This document shows, one piece after another, positions 1-7,582 of a DNA stretch of 12,455 nucleotides. The position numbers and the translations under genes are program-made. Within the stretch, counting starts at the first letter, position 1, and every line of letters begins with the position of its first letter. The notes under the pieces are model-generated. The model ran no database searches. It was not told the DNA's origin and was given only the letters and a program-made list of their open reading frames with translations. Source of the stretch: a virus; UHGV virus genome UHGV-0098743; one strand, written 5' to 3'.

Positions 1-28
1 TGTGAACTGGTCGTTCTGACCATCAACG

Positions 29-52
29 AAAAAGCCCACATCTGTGGGCTTT
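29..52 (-). terminator. Putative Rho-independent terminator in the flank beyond the ssrA-derived att core
   Basis: Inverted repeat gcccaca/tgtgggc (34-40 and 43-49) flanked by an A-run (29-33) and TTT (50-52); on the minus strand this reads as a stem-loop followed by TTTTT. Could act in both directions. Confidence 0.4.
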
Positions 53-61
53 CATGTTACC

Positions 62-77
62 AGGAGCCGCGGCTCCT
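62..77. repeat. Perfect 16-bp palindrome AGGAGCCG|CGGCTCCT
   Basis: Read directly; the two halves are exact reverse complements and are followed by TTT. Function unknown (hairpin or protein-binding site). Confidence 0.3.
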
Positions 78-179
78 TTGCGTATCCTTTTATGTCTCCT
101 CACCGTCTGGTCGGTGTTTTGCTGAGACTTCTAACTTCCTGTTTTTGTTGGTGTTGTCCTTACACCGTCCAATCATGAT

Positions 180-223
180 TGGTGGGCTGGCGGGAGTTGA
201 ACCCGCGTCCGAAATTCCTACAT
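180..223 (-). other. ssrA: tmRNA (ssrA) 3'-terminal fragment: prophage attachment-site core
   Basis: The reverse complement reads ATGTAGGAATTTCGGACGCGGGTTCAACTCCCGCCAGCCCACCA, matching the 3' end of E. coli tmRNA as I recall it (ending CGGGUUCAACUCCCGCCAGCUCCACCA) apart from a one-base difference near the CCA end. Only about 44 nt are present; a full 363-nt ssrA would overlap the integrase ORF, so this is a partial att-core copy. Confidence 0.7.
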
Positions 224-317
224 ACCATTTTTAGCCTAATAAAAACATACATTTACTTTTAAAATCATCACGTTATTGTTTTTTGTATTTGTCGGGTTTT
301 ATGTGATTTTAAGTCTG

Positions 318-337
318 TGCCGCCAAAGTGCCGCCAT
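318..337. repeat. Tandem direct repeat GTGCCGCCA x2 (11-bp period) between the integrase stop and the att core; candidate Int arm-type site
   Basis: GTGCCGCCA at 318-326 and 329-337, read directly; the position in the att arm next to the int 3' end. Function is inferred. Confidence 0.25.
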
Positions 338-340
338 AAA

Positions 341-1366
341 TTAACGGTTCCAGTTGAGATTGTGAAGCGGGTTTTTTGTCACTGCATCTTCCAGGTGGTC
401 GGGTGCGAAGTGGGCGTAAATCATTGTCATTTTAATATCGGCGTGGCCCAGAATATCGCGCAGTACCAGTATATTTCCGCCGTTCATCATAAAATGACTG
501 GCGAAAGTATGGCGCAGAACGTGGGTGCATTGGCCCTCTGGCAAGTCAATGCTTGCCCGCTTGACTGCACGCTCAAAGGCTTTTCTGCATGGCGTGAATA
601 ACTTCCCTCGGTTCTTTGGTAACTCGTCATACAGCGCCTGAGATATAGGAACCGTTCGGTTTTTCTTGCCCTTTGTTTTGGTGTAGGTGATTCGGTATTT
701 AGATAACTGATGGCCCTGCAGGTTTTCGGCTTCACTCCAGCGGGCGCCGGTAGCTAAGCAGATTTTTGCAATCATGAGCAGGCTGGGGTTTTCTGAATCA
801 GCGCAGGCATCCAGCAGGCGTTTAATTTCTTCCGGCGCCAGGAACGCCAGTTCCCCCTCTGCGATTTTAAATGTTGGAAGCCCGGCGAGTGGGTTGGGGG
901 CTGACCAGTGGCCCAGCTTTTTCAGCGTGCCAAAAACTGATGATAGGTTGCGTTGTTCAAGGTTTACCGTGCGGGGCTTAACTGGCGACATAGGCAAGCC
1001 ATCTTCATTTTTGACTTCACCTTTTAGGCGTGCTTCACGGTATTTTGTAAAGTCACCGGCAGTCAGCTCCGAGGCAATGGGATCACCCAGGCCATTACAA
1101 ATAATGTTAAGTTTTGCCATCAGGCGCTTGGGGTCAGCAAGAGTCTGTCCGTAAAGTGAATGCCACTGCTTAATTACTTCTGACAATTGGCGCCGATCAT
1201 CCTTTTCGCCTAGCCATGGCTTTTTGTTCACTTCATCCATTGTGAAGTTTTCGAATGCTATGGCCTCGCCTTTCGTCGCAAATTGCTTGCGCACGCGCTT
1301 GCCATCGCGCCCGCTAGGGTAGCACTCACACAACCATTTCCCGTTTGGCTGTTTTCTGATGGTCAT
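341..1366 (-). CDS. int: Tyrosine recombinase / phage integrase (P2 Int-like), 341 aa
   Basis: Full-length ORF; the C-terminal catalytic region has HVLRHTFASHF and LGHADIKMTMIYAHF (R-H-R-Y signature of tyrosine recombinases). Lies next to the ssrA-derived att core and is transcribed toward it, as in P2/186-type prophages. ATG at 1366..1364. Confidence 0.93.
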   Translation of the reverse strand: MTIRKQPNGKWLCECYPSGRDGKRVRKQFATKGEAIAFENFTMDEVNKKPWLGEKDDRRQLSEVIKQWHSLYGQTLADPKRLMAKLNIICNGLGDPIASELTAGDFTKYREARLKGEVKNEDGLPMSPVKPRTVNLEQRNLSSVFGTLKKLGHWSAPNPLAGLPTFKIAEGELAFLAPEEIKRLLDACADSENPSLLMIAKICLATGARWSEAENLQGHQLSKYRITYTKTKGKKNRTVPISQALYDELPKNRGKLFTPCRKAFERAVKRASIDLPEGQCTHVLRHTFASHFMMNGGNILVLRDILGHADIKMTMIYAHFAPDHLEDAVTKNPLHNLNWNR

Positions 1367-1367
1367 A

Positions 1368-2000
1368 TCAAAGGCTCTTAATAACTTTTAAGACGTGGCC
1401 TACAACCTCGATATCATCCAGGCTGCACTCAAAAGATGATTCATCTTGATGAACTACCAATCTGTTTCCGGGGATACGGGTTAACTTCACAATACTTTTT
1501 ATTCCATCAATATCGACCAACCACACCCCATTTACTGGTGGTGTTTGGCTGCGATCCACTAGGTATGAATCACCACCGGTATTTACTAAGAGTAAGTTAC
1601 TGGAATTGGAAGGAAGCAAGCTGCTGTCAATGATTGCTTTACCTGTATCCACCAAAGAGCCGCTAGAAAGTGTCACTTTGTCAATTTCGGGAGAAACAAG
1701 GTCAGAAAGGTGTTTAACTTTGCCGGAGTTCACGAAATTGATATCTTTTTGCATGTCAATGTTTGAACCCGGCTCGCCTTGCCCTGTGGTAAGCCAGAGT
1801 AAAGAAACGCCTGTCTCAAGAGCGCACTGAATTACCCATTCTGCAGGGAAACTATCTCTTAAGTATCTGTTTGCCATGGTGCTTTTAGATGCGCCAAGAT
1901 GGTCGCACAATTGCTGTCTTGATTTGAAATCGTAGGCTGCCATTAGCCTATGGATGGCCTCTCTACCCCCGGTGTTCTCGCCTGTCTTTACTTGTATCAT
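1368..2000 (-). CDS. cI: CI-like immunity repressor (phage 186 CI type: N-terminal HTH, C-terminal S24-peptidase-like fold), 210 aa
   Basis: N-terminal segment QQLCDHLGASKSTMANRYL looks like an HTH. The C-terminal half has the topology of lambda CI/LexA C-domains (GGDSY, VKL, VVGHVLKV). Its stop lies 1 nt from the int start (cI-int operon) and it is divergent from the cox/cII operon. Whether the Ser/Lys dyad is catalytically competent cannot be judged by eye. Confidence 0.8.
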   Translation of the reverse strand: MIQVKTGENTGGREAIHRLMAAYDFKSRQQLCDHLGASKSTMANRYLRDSFPAEWVIQCALETGVSLLWLTTGQGEPGSNIDMQKDINFVNSGKVKHLSDLVSPEIDKVTLSSGSLVDTGKAIIDSSLLPSNSSNLLLVNTGGDSYLVDRSQTPPVNGVWLVDIDGIKSIVKLTRIPGNRLVVHQDESSFECSLDDIEVVGHVLKVIKSL

Positions 2001-2012
2001 TTTTTAATCCTA

Positions 2013-2041
2013 TTGACGTATCAAATATTGGATCGTAGTAT
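2013..2041 (+). promoter_or_regulatory. Candidate sigma70 early lytic promoter (pR/Pe-like) for the cox-cII operon
   Basis: TTGACG (2013-2018), 17-bp spacer, TAGTAT (2036-2041); about 80 bp upstream of the cox-like start and overlapping operator repeat R1. Confidence 0.45.
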
Positions 2042-2067
2042 CTTTTCGTATCAACTCTTGAATCGTA
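2017..2067. promoter_or_regulatory. Two 21-bp direct-repeat operator candidates (R1 2017-2037, R2 2047-2067) in the cI / cox intergenic switch region
   Basis: R1 CGTATCAAATATTGGATCGTA and R2 CGTATCAACTCTTGAATCGTA match at 18 of 21 positions, with centres 30 bp apart; each has internal partial dyad symmetry (TCAA...TTGA). R1 contains a GATC. A possible leftward promoter for cI (TTGATA -35 at 2054..2049, CAATAT -10 at 2030..2025 on the minus strand) overlaps them. Confidence 0.5.
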
Positions 2068-2119
2068 TAAAACAAGATAAAACGACGTAAACCAAACCTT
2101 AACCGAGAGATACTGCACT

Positions 2120-2368
2120 ATGAGCACTGATATTTCAATTCGTGTACCAAAAGTGATAGCGACGCCAGCCGAGTTTGCTAAGTGGGAAGGGTATTCCCGT
2201 GGTTCTGTTTATCAGATGATTCATAACGGTAAATTGGCTAACTACATTGAAAAGAAAGAAAAAAACAAAGGCCGCGTATTCATCCTTTACCTCAAGTACA
2301 AAAAAGACCAAGCAAGCAAAAACATGGACAAGTCTGCATTCAATTACAACGTTGTAGTTGGTTGTTAA
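2120..2368 (+). CDS. Cox/Apl-like excisionase and switch regulator, 82 aa
   Basis: First gene of the rightward operon, divergent from cI. The segment PAEFAKWEGYSRGSVYQMIHNGKL resembles the HTH region of P2 Cox (EFAKLIGKSTGAVRRMIDKGKL). RBS GAGAG upstream. Confidence 0.7.
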   Translation: MSTDISIRVPKVIATPAEFAKWEGYSRGSVYQMIHNGKLANYIEKKEKNKGRVFILYLKYKKDQASKNMDKSAFNYNVVVGC

Positions 2369-2400
2369 GTTCAATTATGTGAACTTTTGAGGTATGAAAC

Positions 2401-2910
2401 ATGTTTGATTATAAGATTTCCAAACATCCGCATTTTGATGAAGCCTGCCGGGCTTTCTCGCTGCGTCACAACATGGCGAAGCTGGCAGAACGCGCAGGAA
2501 TGAATGTCCAGACGCTGCGCAACAAGCTGAACCCGGAGCAACCGCATCAACTTACCCCGCCGGAGATCTGGCTGCTGACTGATATCACAGAAGACTCAAC
2601 GCTGGTTGACGGTTTTCTGGCTCAAATCCATTGCCTGCCGTGCGTGCCATTGAATGAAGTGGCAAAAGAGAAGCTGCCGCATTACGTCATGAGCGCTACT
2701 GCTGAAATCGGACGTGTTGCTGCCGGTGCCGTATCGGGTGATGTGAAAACCACCGCAGGCCGCCGCGATGTTATCAGCAGCATTAACTCTGTTACTCGTC
2801 TGATGGCACTGGCTGCCGTTTCGATGCAGGCGCGTTTACAGGCTAACCCGGCGATGGCAAGCGCGGTGGATACCGTGACGGGCCTCGGCGCTTCGTTTGG
2901 TCTGATCTGA
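2401..2910 (+). CDS. cII: Phage 186 CII-like transcriptional activator (CP76 family), 169 aa
   Basis: Same length as 186 CII (169 aa) and same position (second gene after apl/cox). N-terminal HTH-like segment NMAKLAERAGMNVQTLRNKLNP. Strong RBS GAGGT 7 nt upstream. Confidence 0.75.
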   Translation: MFDYKISKHPHFDEACRAFSLRHNMAKLAERAGMNVQTLRNKLNPEQPHQLTPPEIWLLTDITEDSTLVDGFLAQIHCLPCVPLNEVAKEKLPHYVMSATAEIGRVAAGAVSGDVKTTAGRRDVISSINSVTRLMALAAVSMQARLQANPAMASAVDTVTGLGASFGLI

Positions 2911-2917
2911 GGTGGTT

Positions 2918-3118
2918 ATGCTGACTAAAGAACCCTCTTTTGCGTCACTTCTCATAAAGCAAAGCCCGGCAATGCACTACGGTCACGGCTGGATCATGGG
3001 GAAGGATGGCAAACGCTGGCACCCGTGCCGCTCTCAGGATGAACTGCTGGCTGACCTGTCCACAACCAAACAGGGGAAATCATGGCTATTGAAGGCGCTG
3101 CAGCGACTGTCCCATTAA
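2918..3118 (+). CDS. Hypothetical small early protein, 66 aa (alternative GTG start at 2912)
   Basis: ORF in the early operon directly after cII; GGTGG just upstream of the ATG. Sits where 186 has the fil/dhr host-takeover genes, but I see no recognisable motif. Confidence 0.45.
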   Translation: MLTKEPSFASLLIKQSPAMHYGHGWIMGKDGKRWHPCRSQDELLADLSTTKQGKSWLLKALQRLSH

Positions 3119-3423
3119 GCCCCGGTAAAAGGCTGGACGCATTGAATCATATTGCGGAATTGAGAGCTAAAGTGTTTGGCCTAAATATTGAGCCGGAGCT
3201 TGAAAGGTTTATTAAAGATATGCGCGATCCACGCGACGTAAATAATAAACAGAATGAGCGGGCACTGGCAGCCATTTTTTATATGGCAAAAATTCCGGCA
3301 GAACGTCACGGCGTCAATATTAGTGATCTGACTACTGACGAAAAGCGGGAACTGGTGAAAGCAATGAATCATTTTCGTGCAGTGGTGAGCTTATTTCCCA
3401 AACGGCTAACCATGCCGAATTAA
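3082..3423 (+). CDS. Hypothetical early protein, 113 aa
   Basis: ORF with RBS AGGGGA; overlaps the upstream ORF by 37 nt; no recognisable motif. Confidence 0.5.
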   Translation: MAIEGAAATVPLSPGKRLDALNHIAELRAKVFGLNIEPELERFIKDMRDPRDVNNKQNERALAAIFYMAKIPAERHGVNISDLTTDEKRELVKAMNHFRAVVSLFPKRLTMPN

Positions 3424-3490
3424 TCCACAACAGAAATTAATGGCGTAAACCCGCCGGGCTTCTTATTGCCCAAATTCAGGAGAAACAACT

Positions 3491-3724
3491 ATGCGAAATA
3501 TTGAAACCCGTACCACTAAAACCGGACCAGATGATGCTGGTCTCAACCTGTTGCTGACTGAGGCACGCAAAGAAGAACGCCGGGGACGCGCAGATGTGAT
3601 GGCTGCGCGTCTGGATTCTTTAGCTGCTCGTATCGTGTCACGTCAGCTTAACCACACGGAAGCGGCTGAGCTGCTGCGTCAGGAAGCTGTGAAGATTCAG
3701 AACGAAGCGCAGGAGATCCACTGA
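3491..3724 (+). CDS. Hypothetical early protein, 77 aa, probably helical
   Basis: Good RBS CAGGAGAAA; its stop overlaps the next start (TGATG). Confidence 0.55.
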   Translation: MRNIETRTTKTGPDDAGLNLLLTEARKEERRGRADVMAARLDSLAARIVSRQLNHTEAAELLRQEAVKIQNEAQEIH

Positions 3725-3951
3725 TGGCTGATTCAATGGACCTTGTACAGCAGCGCGTTGAAGAAGAACGCCCGCGCCATATCCACACCGCCCGCAATAA
3801 AACGCCGGGCGTTTCCCGTGTTCTCTGCATTGATTGCGATGCGCCGATCCCGCCAGCTCGCCGCCGCGCCATTCCGGGCGTGCAGTGCTGCGTCACTTGT
3901 CAGGAAATCGCAGAGCTGAAAGGCAAACACTACAACGGGGGTGCTGTATGA
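3724..3951 (+). CDS. TraR/DksA-family C4 zinc-finger protein (P2 orf82-like), 75 aa
   Basis: CIDC-x17-CCVTC gives the C-x2-C...C-x2-C spacing typical of phage TraR/DksA zinc fingers; it is translationally coupled to neighbours on both sides. Confidence 0.75.
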   Translation: MADSMDLVQQRVEEERPRHIHTARNKTPGVSRVLCIDCDAPIPPARRRAIPGVQCCVTCQEIAELKGKHYNGGAV

Positions 3952-4808
3952 GCACTATTCTGAAATGGGCGGGAAATAAAACCTCCATCATGCCGGAACT
4001 GATTAAGCATCTTCCTGCTGGCACGCGACTGGTTGAACCTTTCGCGGGTTCATGCGCTGTAATGATGGCGACAGACTATCCTCATTATCTTGTCGCGGAT
4101 ATTAACCCAGACCTGATAAATCTTTTTAAGCATATTGCATTTGACTGCGAGAAATTTATTTCAAATTCAAAAGGATTCTTTTCAGGCACAAATAGCGCTG
4201 AGTCTTATTACAACATCCGTCAGGATTTTAATCATTCGGCTGAAACCACCGATTTCTGGAAAGCTGTATTTTTCCTTTATCTTAATCGCCATGGTTATCG
4301 TGGGTTGTGCCGCTATAATTTGAGCGGTCATTTTAATGTCCCTTACGGTAATTATAAAAATCCGTATTTTCCTGAAAGTGAAATACGCGCTTTTGCAGAA
4401 AAGGCTCAACGCGCAACGTTTATCTGTGCCAGCTATGACGAAACACTGGCGCTGCTGCAGGCTGGTGATGTTGTTTATTGTGATCCGCCATACGATGGCA
4501 CATTTAGCGGTTATCACACTGCCGGTTTTACAGAAGACGATCAGTATCATCTGGCGTCTATTCTTGAGCGCCGGTCATCAGAAGGTCATCCGGTTATCGT
4601 GTCCAACAGCGACACGTCCCTGACCCGTTCGCTTTATCGTAATTTTACCCGCCATCGCATCACTGCAAAGCGCAGCATGGGTGTGGCTGCCGGCGAGAGT
4701 AAATCTGCAGCAGAAATCATCGCCACAAAATCAGCTGGCTGGTTTGGTGTCGATTTGGCGTCCGGTCCAGATATCTCGGTGGAAACTGAGGTGCGGGCGT
4801 GGCAGTGA
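3948..4808 (+). CDS. dam: DNA adenine methyltransferase (Dam-like, N6-adenine, D12 class), 287 aa
   Basis: N-terminus [38 protein letters not shown] parallels E. coli Dam (LKWAGGK...LVEPFVGAGSV); catalytic motif [15 protein letters not shown] (DPPY). ATG at 3948 overlaps the upstream stop (ATGA). The six-frame ORF starting at 3834 is an in-frame upstream extension and is unlikely to be the true start. Confidence 0.9.
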   Translation: MSTILKWAGNKTSIMPELIKHLPAGTRLVEPFAGSCAVMMATDYPHYLVADINPDLINLFKHIAFDCEKFISNSKGFFSGTNSAESYYNIRQDFNHSAETTDFWKAVFFLYLNRHGYRGLCRYNLSGHFNVPYGNYKNPYFPESEIRAFAEKAQRATFICASYDETLALLQAGDVVYCDPPYDGTFSGYHTAGFTEDDQYHLASILERRSSEGHPVIVSNSDTSLTRSLYRNFTRHRITAKRSMGVAAGESKSAAEIIATKSAGWFGVDLASGPDISVETEVRAWQ

Positions 4809-6238
4809 GTAAATTCACATTACATAATGCACCAACCACCGGCGGCTCGAATGAGGCCGCCGTGGCCTTTTCATGGAATAACCCCAAAAAAGCGGTTAAC
4901 CCATATCTGGACCCGGCGGAAGTTGCGCCGGGGTCTGCGCTTTCAAACCTGATTGCTCTTTACGCTGCGGATAACGAGCAGGAGCAGCTGCGCCGTGAGG
5001 CGCTGAGCGATGAGGTCTGGGAACGCTATTTCTTCAATGAATCCCGTGATCCTGTCCAGCGCGAAATGGAGCAGGACCGGCTGATTAGTCGTGCCAAAAT
5101 GGCGCGCGAGCAGCAGCGTTTTAATCCCGATCTGGTCATTCTGGCTGACGTTAACGCCATGCCGTCCCATATCAGCAAGCCTCTGCTGGAGCGGATTAAA
5201 TATTTCCATAGCCTGGGCAGAGCAAAAGCCTATTCCCGCTACCTGCGCGAAACAATTAGGCCCTGTCTTGAGCGGCTGGAGCGCGTGCGTGACAGTCAGG
5301 TGTCTGCCTCTTTCCGGTTCATGGCAAGTCATGACGGGCTGGAGGGGCTGCTGGTACTGCCTGAAATGAATCAGGATCAGGTCAAGCGTCTTTCCACGCT
5401 GGTTGCGGCTCATATGAGCATGTGTCTTGATGCGGCCTGCGGTGATCTGTTTGTCAGCGACGATGTTAAACCAGAAGAAATCCGCCAGGCATGGGAAAGG
5501 GTTGCAGCAGAGGCGATGCGCCTTGAGATCATCCCGCCTGCGTTTGAGCAGTTACGCCGCAAAAAGCGTCGACGCAAGCCGGTGCCCTATGAACTGATCC
5601 CACCGTCGCTGGCGCGGATGCTGTGCGCGGACTGGTGGTATCGCAAATTGTGGCAGATGCGCTGCGAGTGGCGGGAGGAACAGCTGCGTGCTGTCTGCCT
5701 GGTCAACAAAAAAGCGTCCCCGTATGTCAGCTATGAAGCCGTGATCCACAAGCGCGAGCAGCGCCGCAAATCGCTGGAGTTCTTCCGCTCACATGAGCTG
5801 GTCAACGAAGACGGTGACACGCTGGACATGGAAGACGTGGTGGCGTATGTCCGCAACAACCCGGATAAGCTGCACCTTTTCGTTGATAACGGCTCACTGG
5901 TGGCAACCGGTGCCAGCTCTATGTCATGGGAATACCGCTACACCCTGAACGTTGTGATCGAGGATTTCAGCGGCGACCAGAATCTGCTGATGGCTCCCGT
6001 GTTGCTGTGGCTCAGCGAAAATCAGGCGGACGCCATCAACAACCCGGAGCTGCGCGAAAAACTGTTCACCTTTGAAGTGGATATTCTGCGCAATGATGTG
6101 TGCGATATCAGCCTGAATCTGCAACTGACGGAGCGTGTACTGGTCAGCACTGACGGCGGTATCTCAACGGTTGAGGCGGAGCCAGAACCCGACGAGCCAG
6201 AAGAAATGTGGACGGTGAAACGTGGAAAATCTGCATAA
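4799..6238 (+). CDS. Hypothetical protein, 479 aa, in the position where P2/186 carry replication gene A; function unknown
   Basis: Long ORF with host-like codon usage, GTG start overlapping the dam stop. I could not find a Walker A, HUH or other catalytic motif. Contains the basic stretch [17 protein letters not shown] and an acidic C-terminal tail [11 protein letters not shown]. Its stop overlaps the S-like gene by 17 nt. Confidence 0.7.
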   Translation: MAVSKFTLHNAPTTGGSNEAAVAFSWNNPKKAVNPYLDPAEVAPGSALSNLIALYAADNEQEQLRREALSDEVWERYFFNESRDPVQREMEQDRLISRAKMAREQQRFNPDLVILADVNAMPSHISKPLLERIKYFHSLGRAKAYSRYLRETIRPCLERLERVRDSQVSASFRFMASHDGLEGLLVLPEMNQDQVKRLSTLVAAHMSMCLDAACGDLFVSDDVKPEEIRQAWERVAAEAMRLEIIPPAFEQLRRKKRRRKPVPYELIPPSLARMLCADWWYRKLWQMRCEWREEQLRAVCLVNKKASPYVSYEAVIHKREQRRKSLEFFRSHELVNEDGDTLDMEDVVAYVRNNPDKLHLFVDNGSLVATGASSMSWEYRYTLNVVIEDFSGDQNLLMAPVLLWLSENQADAINNPELREKLFTFEVDILRNDVCDISLNLQLTERVLVSTDGGISTVEAEPEPDEPEEMWTVKRGKSA

Positions 6239-6668
6239 AGTGGATGAGTGGCTGACAGCGCTGCTGGCGAATCTGGAGCCGGCTGCGCGTCAGCACATGA
6301 TGTGTGAACTGGCGCAGCAGCTGCGTCGAAATCAGCAGAACAACATCCGCCTGCAGCGCAACCCCGACGGAACCGGCTACGAGCCGCGCCGGGTAACAGC
6401 CCGCAGCAAAAAGGGGCGCATCAAACGCCAGATGTTTGCAAAACTTCGCACCACCAAATACCTGAAAGCTGCAGCGAGCGCGAACTCTGCGAGCGTGCAG
6501 TTTGTGGGACAAGTGCAGCGTATCGCTCGGGTACACCATTACGGCTTACGTGATCGTGTTAGCCGCAATGGACCATTAGTAATTTATAGAGAACGAAGGT
6601 TACTTGGATTCAATGAGAATAATGATTGCATTAAAAATATATTAATTATGTCTTTATTTAATACATAA
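6222..6668 (+). CDS. S: Phage virion morphogenesis / tail-completion protein (P2 gpS / Mu gpG family), 148 aa; C-terminus possibly altered by the downstream insertion
   Basis: Pattern [28 protein letters not shown] ... [20 protein letters not shown] resembles the gpS/gpG family as I remember it. The last ~20 codons ([18 protein letters not shown]) lie in abruptly AT-rich DNA. Confidence 0.55.
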   Translation: MENLHKVDEWLTALLANLEPAARQHMMCELAQQLRRNQQNNIRLQRNPDGTGYEPRRVTARSKKGRIKRQMFAKLRTTKYLKAAASANSASVQFVGQVQRIARVHHYGLRDRVSRNGPLVIYRERRLLGFNENNDCIKNILIMSLFNT

Positions 6669-6680
6669 TGTATCGTGGTA

Positions 6681-6718
6681 AAAAATAGTAAAGCCAAATG
6701 GCTGGCTAATTGCCAGCC
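6681..6718 (-). terminator. Putative Rho-independent terminator downstream of the ariB-like gene
   Basis: Stem GGCTGGC (6700-6706), loop TAATT, stem GCCAGCC (6712-6718); on the minus strand it is followed by the U-rich tract AUUUGGCUUUACUAUUUUU. Confidence 0.5.
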
Positions 6719-6724
6719 GTAACT

Positions 6725-7582
6725 CTATGAAATTAGTGATATTTTTTGATTGTAGTAATCATAATCCGCATGTTCTTCAGTAAAGAATAATTCAAAAGCC
6801 GTTAGCATATTTGAATAAAAACTATCTTTTGATATTGCAGTTTTTCTCTCATTTTTAGCTAAGTAATTGGTTATGAATCTTAATGATGCTGAGAATAGAA
6901 AGTGCCCCTTTATCCAATGCGTTATGCAAGTGTTGGCAGGAAATTGAATGTTGTTTTTTTCTGCTAACCCTACATTTCTGAAATCATCAGGAAGGGTTTG
7001 AATATAAGCATTTATCTTATCTTGACATGTTTTGTAAGAGTTTTTTGATTGCATAAATCTATCGCATGAATCACCTACTACGGAATAGCCACGCTGATTT
7101 AAATGATTGTAAATATCTAAGGCAATTAGGTCTTCAATATTGTTATAAAACTCTAATAGCCAGGAGTTTATATTTATTCCTTGGATTTCTTTGGCACTGT
7201 ATCTTCCCATGTGTTTTAACACACGGGATAGGACTTTCTCATCGACTATAGTATTTTCAATTGAGTAACCTTTTGTATAGATGATGTTTGTATGATTTAC
7301 TAAGTTGGATGAAAAATGATTCAGATCTGCATCGCGGGCAACAATTGCGTTTATTTGTCCTGATGTGATTCGCTCAATATAAGGTTCTAATGCTTCACAC
7401 CCTCCAACTTCTTGCACTTCAACACTTAGTCGACCATTTTTTTTGAAAACTATTTCCCAAAATCCAATATCATCCTCACCTTCAACATATACCATGATAT
7501 CAGCATCATAAAACATGCTGATAACATTTTCCGCCTCGTCAGACCAATTAAAGTTATCTGTTCGAATCTCATTATTGGACAT
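6725..7582 (-). CDS. ariB: DUF4435/TOPRIM-like (OLD-family nuclease-like) protein, AriB-like effector candidate of a PARIS-type defence pair, 285 aa from ATG 7582 (alternative GTG start at 7612)
   Basis: N-terminal motif MVYVEGEDD followed by AIVARDAD, i.e. the acidic E...DxD arrangement of TOPRIM/OLD nuclease domains. AT-rich codon usage. Its start overlaps the upstream ATPase gene stop by 11 nt (ATGTCCAATAA). Domain identity is from memory of family motifs, not a search. Confidence 0.75.
   Translation of the reverse strand: MSNNEIRTDNFNWSDEAENVISMFYDADIMVYVEGEDDIGFWEIVFKKNGRLSVEVQEVGGCEALEPYIERITSGQINAIVARDADLNHFSSNLVNHTNIIYTKGYSIENTIVDEKVLSRVLKHMGRYSAKEIQGININSWLLEFYNNIEDLIALDIYNHLNQRGYSVVGDSCDRFMQSKNSYKTCQDKINAYIQTLPDDFRNVGLAEKNNIQFPANTCITHWIKGHFLFSASLRFITNYLAKNERKTAISKDSFYSNMLTAFELFFTEEHADYDYYNQKISLIS

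Noticed and set aside
54-125. Tiny ORF (about 23 codons) in the left flank starting at ATG 54
   Set aside because: Too short, no RBS, and it overlaps a palindromic hairpin; most likely non-coding flank.
317-1154. Plus-strand ORFs 317..601 (94 aa) and 774..1154 (126 aa), and minus-strand ORF 487..735 (82 aa)
   Set aside because: All lie within the integrase gene on the opposite strand or in another frame; the integrase has clear catalytic motifs while these have none and show low-complexity, Arg/Ser-rich translations typical of antisense frames.
1436-1830. Plus-strand ORFs 1436..1633 and 1606..1830
   Set aside because: Antisense to the CI-like repressor gene; no RBS and no recognisable domain.
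2135-2374. Minus-strand ORF 2135..2374 (79 aa)
   Set aside because: Antisense to the Cox/Apl-like gene, which fits the operon logic and has a recognisable HTH; the antisense ORF is a frame artefact.
3834-3947. N-terminal extension of the Dam ORF starting at 3834
   Set aside because: The extension overlaps the TraR-like gene in another frame. The Dam homology begins exactly at the internal ATG 3948 ([11 protein letters not shown]), which also gives the ATGA stop-start overlap typical of this operon.
4799-6238. Annotating the 479-aa ORF as the P2/186 replication initiator gpA
   Set aside because: Position suggests it, but I cannot find the HUH metal-binding motif or a convincing paired-tyrosine active site in the right order; YVSY and EYRY occur but without the upstream HUH. 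Left as hypothetical.
3181-6539. Minus-strand and internal ORFs across the early operon (3181..3372, 3648..3896, 3733..3930, 4135..4323, 4182..4550, 4336..4623, 4943..5413, 5091..5369, 5552..5749, 5924..6124, 6144..6539)
   Set aside because: Each is nested within or antisense to a longer plus-strand gene with better coding logic (Dam, the 479-aa ORF, S-like); none has an RBS or motif that would justify a call.
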